In this document: piece by piece, positions 31,475-44,500 of the stretch | Numbering within the stretch: the stretch's first letter is position 1 | Layout: every line of letters begins with the position of its first letter | Source: Thecamonas trahens ATCC 50062 | Lineage: Eukaryota; Protista; Apusomonadida | Length of the DNA stretch: 63,973 nt | Assembly (NCBI RefSeq): GCF_000142905.1 | Contig: NW_013657655.1 | Location: 124,001 to 187,973, forward strand | Reading direction: 5' to 3' | The notes under the pieces: model-generated | Database searches by the model: none | Told to the model about the DNA's origin: nothing | The model's input: the letters and a program-made list of their open reading frames with translations, nothing else | Translations under genes and position numbers: made by a program

Positions 31475-34400
31475 TCAGTCGTGGAACTTGCGCTTCTTGT
31501 ACAGCTTGGTGTTGATCTCAGTGGTGTACTCGCCATCGTCGTCCTTGGGCTTGCGCACACGCTTGCGCTTACGGCTGCGCTTGTCGCTGGCCCGACGCCG
31601 CCGGGCGACAACCTCTGGAAGCGTCTCGGCAAGGTGGGCCATCTTCTCGCGGCGCTCAGACCGGACGCCGGTGATGTGTTCGCGGACCGCGGCCCAAACC
31701 CGTGTGTATCGCAGCGTCCCGGTCCGCTGCTTGAAGAACTTGAGGACCTCGTGGACAAGGTCGACCATGTCTGCCACAGCCTCGCGCTCCTCCTCGGTGT
31801 GCTTGCGCGACTTGTAGACCTGCCGCTTGGCCTCGACCATGTTGTACATGGCGTGCAGCATCGGCGCAAGGTACTCGGCCGGAATGAGCTCCGAGGTGTC
31901 GGCACTGCTCCCTGCACCAGGCTCGCTCTCGTCGTCGCTCTCGTCGTCGTCGCCGGCACCGCTCGTGTGCGTCTTGGTCGTCGCCATGGCCTGCTTGATC
32001 TCGTCGATCCACGCCACCACACGCTCCTCGTCGGCAGGCTTGACCTCGCCGGCGTAGCTGCTCCCTCCCACGGCGAGAATCCGTACGTCCTCGCCGACGC
32101 TGTCTTCGAGCAACGGGTACTCACCCAGGAAAGCGGCAAAGAGCTTGAGCGCAAACGTCCGCACCGCTGTCGACCGGCGGCCCTCGCCCTGCTCCGTCCG
32201 CGCCGACCACGAGACACGCTTGAGGATCCAGGTCGTGACTGGCATGCCGCGCTGCGGCGGCGATTCAAGCGAACTCTCCCACTTGATGATGAACAGCAGG
32301 TTCTTGATGAGCTGGTGGGCGAACGGGTCAGAGACTAGCTGCCCGGGCGTGTCGATCTGGACGATGTGAACCTTCGCAAGCTTGCGCAGCGCGTCATGCG
32401 AGCTCAGCATCACCAGCGACGCCGTGCCGGCCTTGTGTCCCACCTCGCGCGCACGCGCAAAGTACACTCCAACCAGCTGCATGCACTGGAGGCGGACCCA
32501 CGAGTGCGACGAGGCCATCAGCAGCTCGACTGCGAGCTGCCACATCCGGCCCACCATGGCAGAATTGTGCACGTGGCTCCGCGAGTACGGCACGCCGCGC
32601 ACAATCTTAAACACTGCGTGAAGCAGCTGGTACACCACCTGCCACGAGTCGAGCATCCAGTCTGCAACCAGGTTCGACGCCGCAGCATCGTCGTCGACCG
32701 CAGGCACAAACGCGTCGACGGCCGCCACAAACGACTTCCACCACTTGCCCTTTTCCCGCGAGATAAAGGCCTCGGCACCGACACGGTTTGCAAGCATGCC
32801 AAAAATCTGGAAGCCGAGTCGGCCCAGGCTCTCACGCTTCTCGGTCTGCCCACACCACGTCTCGGCGTAGCTAAACACCCGCTGCAGGTTTGCCGCGTCC
32901 AGCCGTTCCAGCAGCAACTCGACCACGCTGCCAACCAGCGGCATGGTCGCCCGCGATGGCTCGTTGATCAGCCGCGCCGCAAGCGGAAGGAACATCAGTG
33001 AGCCGAGCTTGTTGATGACGTCGCCCGGGAACTGACGAATGACCTTCTGCAGCATGACGAGCAGCGCCCGCCGGCCAGACTCAAAGTCGAACCCGAGGTT
33101 CTTGAGGAAGAACGAGACATGCCGCTCAAGGAGTTTGGCGCCGAGCGGGTAGTACATGAGGAAGCTGCCCAAGATCTTGGACACCCGCGACGAGACCGCC
33201 TGCGACTGCGTCTTGACCATGAGCTGCGAGAGTGGCGTCATCAGGTCGTACAGCGACGGCGAGACGTACCGGTTGCTCAGCACCACATCCAGCAGTCGCA
33301 TCGCCGCAAACCGCCGCGTCTTGGCCGCTATCTTGTCCTCGGTCTTGCGCGTTCCGCCGGCGCGGGTCAGCACGCTCTCACGGATGAGTGAGACAATGAC
33401 CTCTAGCTGCTTGGCAGACATCCGCGACTTGGTCTGCAGCGCCACAACCTCAGCCATCAGCTGCAGCGCAGCTGCAACTGCCACACCCTCCTTCGGACCA
33501 GCGCCCATAATCACCTCGGCCGCCTTGCGGAGCAGGTTCGGGAACGCCCTGTCCAGCGACGGGAGCGCAATGAGCACCCGCACACGCTGCCGGTGCTCGG
33601 CAGCATCGTGCTCGCTGGTCTCGTTCGCGCCCACCTCCTCTTCGTCGCCGACCTCGGATGCGTCGATGGCCTCGGCAAGCACCGCCGTCGCCTGGTCCGA
33701 CCGCGCAAGCCGCAGCAGCCGCCGCATCCCGGTCAGCGCCACTCGCCGCACGTCGGTCGACTTGTTGCTCATTGCCTTGACAAACACCTTCACAAACGGG
33801 TCGAGCCGCTGCAGGTCGTCGAGCGTTTCCACCTCGAGCAGGCCGCTGTTCATCAGGTTGAGCACCGTGTACAGCACAAAGTGGACCATCATCGGCTGGT
33901 TGCCCGGCGTAAAGACGCGCGACCGCCCACTGTCGTTGACTGCCACTCCGTCACCGCGCCGCCGGTTCGGCTCCGGCTCGATGAGGAACCGCTTGCGCGC
34001 AGCCTCCTGGGCCGCGAGCACAGCCGCCTTGTTCGACACCTCGGCCTCCATCATCGACGTCGACGCCAGCGACGACCGCTTCTTCTTGCGATCCTGCTCG
34101 TTCTTGCGCTCCATGGCGAGCTCCTCCTCACCGAGCCGAAACAGGAAGCTCAGCACCGCCAGCGGCTCAAACGAGTTGTTGCCCGCCACGCCGCGCGCGA
34201 GGTACCGCATGCACTTGCTGATGTGGTCTGCCTTGCGCCGCGACCGCAGCTCGCCAAGCTTCGCCCTCATTTTGCCCACCACGTCGTCCTGCCACGTACC
34301 ATCGCCAAGGCTGACCAGCCGCCCAATGTACTCAAATGCCTTGCTTCCGCCGCGGAACCGCGCCTCAATCGACTTGCGTGTCAGCGCACCGATTTCCTTC

Positions 34401-37400
34401 TCCTCCGCCACACTGCCAAACTCGCTCTCCAGCAGCATCTCCACAATCTCGCCCATGCAGTAGTCGATCGAGCCTTCGGTGAACCGAGTGTCCTTGGCGA
34501 TCAGCGGCCGCATGCTCGACAGCATGTCCTCGTCCTCGAGCGAGTCCGAGCCGGCGTCCGAGTCTGAGCTCGAGCCCGAGGCTGAGCTCGAGCCCGAGTC
34601 CGAGCCCGAGTCTGAGCTCGAGCCCGACTCGCTCGATCCCGGGCTGCTTGACCGCGTCTTGCGCTGTCGCGTCCGCCCAGCTGCGGCACCACCCAAAGCC
34701 CTGGTTTTGGCCTTACCCGAGCCGAGCTTGGAGCGCTTTGACGGGCGCGCCGCGTCATCCTCACCTTCCGCGGCAACGTCCTCGTCCTCGGTCGCACGGG
34801 CGAGAATGCCCAGAATCTGGGTCGCCGTAAACGCAAGAACGTGCCGCTGCATGCCCCGCTGCAGTGTGGCCCGCATCTCGCGCACAATGTACCGAAAGTA
34901 GTCCGGTCCGAGCGCAAGCGCAATGACAATGAGCGTCTTACGCGCGCGGTCGCGGTGCTTGGACTCGTGGTGCTTGAGCTGGTTGACAACACGGATGATG
35001 AGCTGCGGCAGGGCGGCCTCCATGTCCGACCGCGGCAGGCACCGCAGCAGGTACACAATGATGTTGGCGACGTTGGTCCGGACCGTTCCGGAGGCACGAC
35101 CTGAATCCATGAGCATGGCGTAGAGCCGCGGGAGGATCGAGTCGACCACCACCGATCGCTGCGCCTCGTTGGCCACAAGGTCAAACTTAAAGTGCTCGAG
35201 CTGGCGGACGACAACCTCGACGAGTCGGCGGCGGATCTCGATATGAGCGTCGACGTCCTTGATCGCCGCGTTGAGCTGCGCAAGGTAGCCCGCCCAGTTG
35301 AGCTTGCTCACCAGTGTGGCCCGGAGCTGCGAGGCCGAGTCGGCGACGCCAGCCTTGGCCCCTTCCTCCGACCCCACCATGATGTGCGGCCGGAGGAGCG
35401 GAATGACCAGCTCGACGGCGACATGCGATGGGAGTTCATCAGCCATCTCGTCGATGCGGGCTATGGCAGCCTTGACCCGCCACATCGCAGTCGCCGCAAG
35501 TCCCAGCAGCACATCCTTCTCGGAGTCGTCTGATGTCAGCATGGCGGCGCCGGACAGAAACTTGTCACTCCGCCGCACATAAGCCCGGATGAGCCGGACC
35601 GCGAGGTCGCTCACTGCGGGCGAGGGCGGAGTGCGGATGATGGCAAGCAGTGACTGGCCGACGGTGTCGCGGATGACGTGCACCAGTCGGAGCTTGGCCG
35701 GCGCGTCGTCGCGCTCGAGCCACGCCTCCACTAGCGGCGCGTCGGCCGAGACGCCGGCCTTGATCACAGCCTTGACGAAAAAGTATCCGGCCTGTGAGAG
35801 CCCGCGGTCGGTCCAGGTCGAGCCGCGGAGGTCCGCCAGTGCCTGGTGCAAGAGCGCGCGGAGCGCGACAGCGGTTGAGAGGCTCACCACCACATCAGGC
35901 TGAGAAAGTGCATCGTACCCTGCAAGCCGCACCTCAAAGTCGGGCTCGAGCTGGCCTTGCGAGTTTTTGGTCACCGCCTGGAGAGCGGCGAGCCGCTTCA
36001 GCGCCGCGCCGACAACCTCGCTGTTGCTGACCAGGCCGGCAGCGGCCCAAGTCCGCATGGCGGCGAGGACGTTGGCTCGGGCCGTCGACGCTGTCGCATC
36101 AGGCATGCGGCCAAAGACAACCCCGAGCGACCACATGGTCTCGTCCATGTTGTGTTCGATGGTCGGTGCGAGGATGCGGAGGACGCGGGTGAGCGGCGCC
36201 GCGACCTGGACAAACGTCTTCGCCGTCGAGTGCAGGAACGGCGTGACCCGGTCGATGTAGATTTTGGCCGAGGACGCCGACGACGCCACCAGATCGGCAA
36301 AGTCGACAAGGACGAGGATGAACTCGGTCGCCATCTTGGTCAGCTTGTTCGACGCCTCGCCGAGGATGGCGACGACGCGCTCGAGGAGCACGCTGCCGAT
36401 GGGCTGAACAAGGTCGGAGACCCAGCTGCGAGAGCTGGCGCCAGCCTCGGCTGCCGCCACGTCGATGTCCGACGCCTCAACCCACTGCCGCATCCATGGC
36501 AGGTGCTGACCAGCAGGCTTGGACTCGATCTTGCGCGCGAGCTTGGGGAAGATGTCCAAAAGGCGATGCTTGGCAAGGGCGTTGAGAATGCTGACGACCG
36601 CGTGGTCAGCGTCTGGCGAAGGCTTGTTGCGGAGAGCAATGATGTCGAGCAGGGCGTCGCGCGTCGAGCCCACAGAGAGGAAGCGCGCGAGCTTGTGCGA
36701 CGGCGCGAGCGTGTGGCACACAAACCGCAGCCACATGGAGAGTCCATCCAGCGAGTCCTCGGACATGCCCGCCAGCCGCTCGTGTGAGCCCTGGAGGAAG
36801 GCCACCATCTCGGCGTGGAGCGGGTGGCCACTCTCGACAGCAGTCGCCCACTCGGCTGGCTCCGCGTAAAAGTGGTCGTAGAGAAGGGCCAGAGACTTGA
36901 GCGCCGCCCGCTCGATGTCCTGGAACGACCGGCGAGCGTGCTTCTTGGTCTCGGTGTCAAACATGCCGCGCTTGATGGTCACGTACCGCGCCATGATCAT
37001 GGCGAGACCAATGAGCTCGCGGGCCTGCGGCTCGAGGTGTGTCGAGAGGTGCTGCACCAGCTCTGGGACAAGATAGAGCGCCGACTGGATCTTGGCAAAG
37101 CTTACAGCCTCGACGGCGGCCACAATGCGTGCGGCTGCGTCGGCGTCGTTGTGGCTCGCGCCCACATCGGTGACGCTAAAGGCGTCGACCAGGCTCTGGA
37201 TCGGCGCCAGCAGCCGAGCCACCATGTACTGAGCCGCGGCCGGCCGCATAGCACCGACGTAAGCGAGGACCGCCGGCCGCCGACCGTGGCGGGTCCGCTT
37301 GCCACCTCCCTGCAGCTTGCGGAAAAGGTACGGCATGAGGCAGCGGACGAGAAAGGCCGAGAGGCCGTCGATGTGTGCCTCGGCTGCGTGGCTCTGCGGC

Positions 37401-40400
37401 GAGAACGCAGTGATGCCGGCTCGGAACGAGTTCGGGTCGAGGATCTGCCGGATGCGCTCGGCGTACGGCACCACAACCGGGTCGCGGAAGAGCATGTAGA
37501 CTTCAAAGGCGGCAAGCTGGACCTCGGCATTGGCGTGCGACACAAGGTCGAGGCTCAGTGCCTTGACCCGCTCGCGCCCATAAAAGGCGGAAGCGTCGCG
37601 GAACGACCCGATAAGCTTCAGGTAGAGAAGGAGCTGACGGACGGCCGAGCCGCGGCCAATGCGGCGGTTCGGGTCGCGCCGGGATCGGCGCGGCGCGTCC
37701 TTGGACAAGGTCTTCTCATCTTCGTCATCGTTGTCGTCCTTGTCGTCGTCCTCGTCGTTGGCCTCACTGTCGATCTTCCCTCCATCATCATTGTCGGTCG
37801 TGCCAGCGGCGGCGGTGGCGAACCGGGGGTTGGCCTTGTGCGCAACGATGACCTGGTAGTCGGTGTCGAGAAAGGCGAAGAACTGCTCAAACAGCGGCGT
37901 AGCCACCGTCTCGGCAAAGTTGCCAAAGGCATGGGCAATGTTGACGAGGGCGCGGAAGACCTTGTCGGGCGAGGCAAAAAAGCATCGAGGTACTCGACGA
38001 CGGTGCCGGGCGTGACGACAACGTCGTCGACGTCGACAATCGACGACTCGCGGAGGACGTCGGCAGACCAGGCGGCGGCAGCGGTCGCCTTGCGCATGTC
38101 AAAGAGGAACGACGGAAGCCAGATGGGGTGCTTGCCGAGCGAGCTGACGAGCGCCTGGTGGCTGGCGAGGCGCTGCTTGGCAGCGGTGACGGCGACAGTC
38201 ACGTGGTTGAGCACGTCAAGCGACGAGCGCTTGGCGTAGATTTCAAAGTGGGTGACAAAGACTGGCCAGATGTTGTCGCGAAAGTGGGCGCGATTGCGCT
38301 TGTCGACCACGTCGCGGTCGGGCTCGACGTCGAGAGCCGGCAGCGGAGGCGCGGCGAGCGCAATGTCGGCCAGCCGCGTCTTGACCATGTCCCACACCGG
38401 CGAGAACTTGGTGTGGAGCAGGCCGAGCATAAAGGCCGGCAGGACATGGGCGTAGAGCTGCGGGAGGATGCCGTGGAGGTGAAGCGACGAGACGCGGTTG
38501 AGGCCGGTCTCGAGCTCGCGCATCAGCATCGACACACCTTGGACACACGGCAAGAGGGTGAGCTGGACAAGGTCGTTGAAGAGCGTGACTGGGGCGCCTG
38601 TCCGGGACGGTTCGCCGTTGGCATCAGGGTTGTTGACATCAAGGCTCTCAGCCTGCTCAAACATCGATGCCCAGTGGAGCGAGGCCGATCGGATGACGAC
38701 CGATGGCGAGGCAAAGGCCGGAATGAGAAGCGGGAGCACGACCTCGAGCTGCGCGACGGATGCGTGCTCAGGGCGGGCATCAAAGACAACCGCAGCGAGC
38801 GCGTTCATGCCGCGGAAAAGTTCAGCAAGTGGGGCGAGCGGCTTGGTGCGGTCCATGGCGGCCGAGCCGATGGAGCGGATGGCAGAGAGGCCGGCGTCGT
38901 AGCAGGCGACGGCAAGATCGGCGGCCGGGGCAGGGATGGTGCCGTCGGCGTGGCTTCCGCCAGTCCCGTAGGCGTTGACGAGAACAATGGCAAGGGTGTG
39001 GGCCGCAGCGCCGGCGACACCGAGAGCATCAAATGCAGCGGGCACGCTCGCATCGATGCCGGCGGCCACAGCGGCCTCGACGGCACCAGCAAGCGTGCTG
39101 ATAGCATTGTCCAGGCACGGGTCGCCGGCAGACTCGGCCTTCTTCTTGGCCTTTTTCTTGCTCTTGGCCTTTTTCTTGGTCGAGGGGCGAGAGGTCATAG
39201 GAGACTCGACTGAGACGTGCTGGAGCGCGGCGAGGCTCGCCCGCAACATAGGCTCGTCTTCGGCGTCGAGGGCGGCGACGACCGAGCTGGTGACAATGGC
39301 AAAGAGCTCGCTGGAGACGATGTGGGTGTCTGAGCGCGACGGTGGATCGCTCGGCGCGTCGGGGAGGGCGTACGGCTCGGAGCGCTCGTGCGGGTGGGCG
39401 AGGGCACGGTCGGCGTTCTGCAGCGCAACAATGGTGTTGAACATGGCAAGGCGGTGAGGCGAGAGCTCGGTATGACGGGCGCAGAGGTCCACGATTTTGG
39501 TGATGAGATGAGGCTTGTGGACGGCGACAAAGGCCGGGTAAGAAGCGACGCGCAGGGCGACAGCACGCAGGATCTCGGTAGTGACAGCTGATGAGAAGAG
39601 CAGCGAGCGGAGGTTGGGCGCGGCGACTGCGAGGATGCTCGCCGATGCGTGCTCGAGGGTGGCGAGGGCTAGGGCGACGGCGGTCTCGTTGAATTGCGGC
39701 GTGGGGTCTGGCCGTTCGAGGACGTCAACGGCAAGGGTAAGTGCAGCCTTGAACACCGCCTTGGAGTTAGCGGGCAGATGCCCGCGGCAGTGCTCGAGGA
39801 GCGAGGCGATGAGGGCGAGGACGCGCGAGCAGACAACGGGCGTCTCCCACGAGTCGCGGGCAAAGCCATGGAGGGCCGTCCAGAGCTCGGTGAGGAGGCG
39901 GACGTTCTTGTTGGCGTGAAAAGCGAGGGTGGCGACAGTCTTGGAGAGAACGGCAAAGCGGAAGACCTCAGCAGCGTCGTCGGGTGCGTCGACGAGAATG
40001 GCAAAGAGAGAGCCAAGGACGGGCGTGGTCCGCGAGTGGAAGTGGCCGTCGACGCCACGGACCGAGACAAAGACAAAGTTGCCAAAGGCGAGGGCGGTGC
40101 CGATGTCGGTCGTGCCGTCGGCCTCGACAACCTTGAACAGCTTGGTCAGTGTCTTGGTCAGCTTGGTCAGCTTGACCTTGCGGAGGAGGTAGCCAAAGGT
40201 CTGCGAGGCAAAGTCTGCCATGTACTGGGCCGGATGGAGGAGAAACGGCATGATGATGCGGAACTGCTCGTCCAGCCGAGGGAGAACATACGGGAGCAAG
40301 AACTTGTACAGGAAGGTGATGGCGGTAAAGACGATCTCGAGGATGTTGGCGGCGCCGACGTTGCCGGAAGCAATGCCAAGCTGTGCGCTGGCGGCGTCGA

Positions 40401-41138
40401 GCAGGGTCTTGATTGTCCGGTCGAGATGCGGCATAAACTCTCCTTGCACATCACGGGCAAGCGCTACAAGCATCGAGACAAAGGCTTGCATGTTGAGCTC
40501 GTTGTGGCGAGCGATTTGCTCCAGGAGCGCATCGATAATCTCCGGCGCATGATGGAGGACAAGCGGGAGCGAGCGGGTTGACGGCTCAAAGTTGCGGAAA
40601 AAGGCCTTGAACTCGACCGTCAGATTGAGATCATACAGTTCATGCAGCCGCGCTTGCAGAAAAGAGTCGGACACTCCATCGGTCGGCTTCTCGGCCGCCG
40701 ATTGGGCGAGCTCAGCCGCCGAGACATGGAAGATGTCGACGGACACGCGAGCCAGTCGCTCTTTGAACGTCAGATGCTATAGTCCCCACCCCACCACCAC
40801 CTCCATCTATGTAAGTACCTCATCCCCATCCTCCCTTCTCAAGTCGGCGTCCATGGGCTGACTTCCCCTGTCCAAGCTCGTTGCCGCCCCGGCCTGGTCC
40901 CTCCCCTCCCCCTGCCTCCTCGCACTGGCAGCCGAGCCCATCCAGGATGGCATCCATCCTTGGCACCGGTGGGGAAGACAAGCGGGCGGTACGGAGCGGG
41001 GAGGGCTGTGCTGGATACCCTAATCACAGGGGATAAAGGCAGGCATGTCTGTGCTCATCTTAGACCTCTGGTAGCAATACATACCTTGAATCTGGAACCC
41101 CCAGAAGCGTCCTTGATGTGCACCTTTGCGCCCGACAT
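31475..41138 (-). CDS. UTP20: Small subunit processome component UTP20 (DRIM), HEAT-repeat protein
   Basis: Exon 1 MSGAKVHIKDASGGSRFK | HLTFKERLARVSVDIFH...DLNLTVEF...LVALARDVQGEF; RDRARKTL...LGPDYF...LQRGMQRHVLAFT; FLMYYPLG...FFLKNLGFDFESGR. Intron 40777-41084; frameshift in A6 at 37976-37981 joins the 1042-aa and 2143-aa ORFs. Confidence 0.93.
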
Positions 41139-41264
41139 GGTGCGGTGATGGGGCGGTGGTGAGGCGGGGAGTGGAGAGGGAGAGAGACAAGGGTTGACTA
41201 TCACTTGTTGGCTTTTCGGCTGATGACGCACCGAAAATGACAGAAACGATAAATTGATAATATG

Positions 41265-41323
41265 ATGGTTGGCGGCCAATGGTTGGCGGCCAATGGTTGG
41301 CGGTCAATGGTTGGCGGCCAATG
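41265..41323. promoter_or_regulatory. 14-bp tandem repeat (ATGGTTGGCGGCCA)x4 with CCAAT boxes in the UTP20/myosin bidirectional promoter
   Basis: Four near-perfect units in the 364-bp divergent gap; regulatory role is inferred from position. Confidence 0.5.
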
Positions 41324-41502
41324 AGGGCTATTGATAATGGCGGGTGTCGGCTGAAAAGAGGTGACAAGCAACCGACAGAGACCCCCCTTCCCTCTCCCTC
41401 CCACCCCTTCCCCCCTCTCCCACTCGTCCTACTCTTCCCACCTCACTCTCCTCTTCCCTTTCCCCTCCCCTCCCCTCCCCACTCCTTCCCTCCTCTCTTG
41501 CC

Positions 41503-44500
41503 ATGAGCGCACTGCACCAGGGACAGTGGGTGTGGTTGGAGAAGCTGCCCATGCCTGACGGAGTGTCCAGAGGACGGGCAGGTCGGGTGGCTGGACGTGT
41601 GCGGTCGGTTGAGGCCGAGTCGGGCGAGGTTGTTGTCGAGCCGTTCTGGGGCGAGCTGTGTGATACTTGCTGCGAGCTTCCCGAGTATGCGCATCCGCAG
41701 GCAAGACCCAAGCTGGTGACTGTTCCGCGTGGCGGGTCGGTGACTGTTGTGGCCATGAGCGCCACCAACGTGGCGGGCAGGGCCAACATGATGGAGCTGG
41801 CCGACCTCAACGTGGGCGAGCTGATGCACAACCTGCGGATCCGGTACAAGGCCTCGCCTATGGAGTACTACACATACGTGGGCGATATTCTCATTGTCGT
41901 CAACCCGATGCGCCCGACGCCACTGGCCGACGTTGAGCACATGCACGCCTACGCCGGGACTGCGTTCAAGGATCCGGCCCTCCGGCCGCACATCTTTGCC
42001 ATCGCTGAGCGTGCATACACCCAGCTGCTCGAAACCTCGGCGCCGCAAGCGGTCATCATCTCGGGTGAGTCGGGCGCCGGCAAGACGTACTCGACCCGTC
42101 ACGTTCTGGACTTTCTGGCGTTCCGGTCGCGCAAGGCCGCCGCGGCTGGTGCGGCCGATGCAACCGACGCTGACCCAGCGATCCCGCGCGGCTCTGACTC
42201 GCTCTCGAACCTCGGAGCAGCCTCGGAGATCTTGGAAGCGCTCGGAAACTCCAAAACGCTGCGCAACCACAACTCGTCGCGGTTCGGCAAGTTTGTCAAG
42301 ATCTACTTTTCCCACACTACGCCGGGCGTCATCCAGGGCGCTTTCATTCAGACGTATTTGTTGGAAAAGTCGCGGATTGTGGACCAAGACGATGGCGAGC
42401 GCAACTACCACATTTTCTACCTCATGCTCGAGTACCTCGACAGTGAGATCCGGTCTGAGCTCGGCCTGGGCCCTGTGGAGTCGTACGCGTACCTCATCGG
42501 GTCGACAGGCGCCAATGCAAGCTCATGGCGGGTACAGCCAGATGCCGCGGCGACGCCGATGGAGGACGCAGAGCGTTGGGATGATTTGCTAGCAGCCATC
42601 GGCGCACTCGGGCTTGACGACGTGTTCGCCGACGTGTGGCGCGTGTGCGCTGCCATTCTCCACCTCGGCAACATTGAGTTTGAGGCGCCGGATCATGACA
42701 CCTCGTCGTCGACGCTCTGCACCATTACCAACCCAGAGCTTGTGTCTCACGTGGCACGGCTGCTGTGCGTCGACGAGGAAGCTCTGACCAAGACGCTACT
42801 GACGTGTAAGGTTGTCTCCGAGTCGCGGTCATACTCGGTTGACAAGGCCAAGGCCAACGTCGACGCACTCGCCAAGTCGCTCTACGCCAAGATGTTCGAC
42901 AAGGTGGTGAGCGCGATCAACGACGCGCTGGGCGGCGGCAGCGGCGGGCTCGACTCGTCGCGGTCGCGAGCGTGGATTGGCGTCCTCGACATCTTTGGCT
43001 TTGAGTCGTTCCAGGACCACCCGGACGTCAAGGGCGTGGCGACGACGGCGAACACCTTTGAGCAGCTCTGCATCAACCTTACCAACGAGCGACTGCAGCG
43101 GTACTTTTACGATGAGCTCATCCCCAAGCAACTTGAGCACTACGCTGCCGAGGGCATCGACGTCGACGCCATCCAGTACGACGACAACGCTATGGCGGTC
43201 GATGTGCTCATGGAGGGCAAGTTCTCGGTCCTCTCACTCCTCGACGATGCGACGCGGACGGCGACATCGCTACCCAAGTACCGGGCGGACCCTAGCCTCG
43301 GTGACAACCTCTGGGTCCAGCTCGTCTCGGAAGCACACGCTCCGTCCAAAGACAACCTCAAGCTGACCAAGCGAGCGACCGAGCACGACTTTCTTGGCTG
43401 GTTTGCCGACCAGCTCGACGACCGGGCCAGCTCGAGCTTTTGCGTCCACCACTTTGCGGGAACGGTGTGGTACTCGGCGCGCGGGTGCATCGACAAGAAC
43501 TCGGACAAGGTTGCCACCGACTGCATCGAGCTGATGGCGACGTCCGGGACCGAGTGGCTGGCGGCGTGCTACGATACCGGGCGGGCGTCTGCCGAGCGGG
43601 CGTCGGTGGCGCGGGGCTTTGCGCGGCAGCTCCGCGAGCTTGTCTGCCCGCCGGCATGGAAGTCTGCGGCGAACGTGTCGGGCGGCGAGCTGGACGCAGC
43701 AGCCAACCCGCTGTTTGTGCGGTGCGTCAAGCCGATTTGCCGGCGGCAACCGGGCAAGACCCATGGGTGGCTGGAAGATCACAAGGTGCTCGACCAGCTG
43801 CAGTCGGCCGGAATGTATGCCGTTATCCAGATGCGCCAGGCCGGCTATCCGACCGAGCTCGACAAAGCTGAGTTTCTGGACGTGTACTGGGAGCTGGAGG
43901 AGGATGTCAAGGTGCTGATGGACTTGCGGTCCGAGGACGACCAGATCCACCACCTGGCGCGACTGATTGCGTCGGACCCGGGCGTGGTGCTGGGCGATCT
44001 CCGCGGCATGCCGCCGTACCAGGTCGGCAAGACCAAGGTTTTCATGAAGGGCTCGATGGCGTCGGCCATGGCGTCGGCGCTGCGGGCGGTTCAGGACTCG
44101 AAGCTGACGCGGATGGAAGCGGCGGCCAAGCACCTCAAGTCGCTAATTCGCATGTCGCTTGTCAGCTCGCGGCTGCCCGAGCTGCGCGAGACGGCGGCGG
44201 CACGGTTCGAGTACTTGCGGCGGAAGCGGGCGTTTATTGCGCAGGGTCTCACGCCGGAGCAGGCCGACGAGGCCATCCGGCGCGAAGACGAAGAGGCTGC
44301 CGCGCGCGAGGAGGAGCGATACGTGCGCAAGCACTATGCGCCTCTGCAGAACAAGGTTGACGAAGCGCAGGTCCCGCAGCTGCTGGACGCTCTCCACGCG
44401 TCGGCCAACGAGGAGGCCTCGCCGTACTACGCGGCCGAGATCCGTGAGCGGGCGGCCAAGCTGGCGCGAGTGGCCAACGCCGTACAGGCGACGCTCGATG

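Noticed and set aside
31475-40746. UTP20 as two genes or a pseudogene
   Set aside because: One added base in an A6 run fuses both ORFs into a full-length essential gene, consistent with the window-wide indel pattern.
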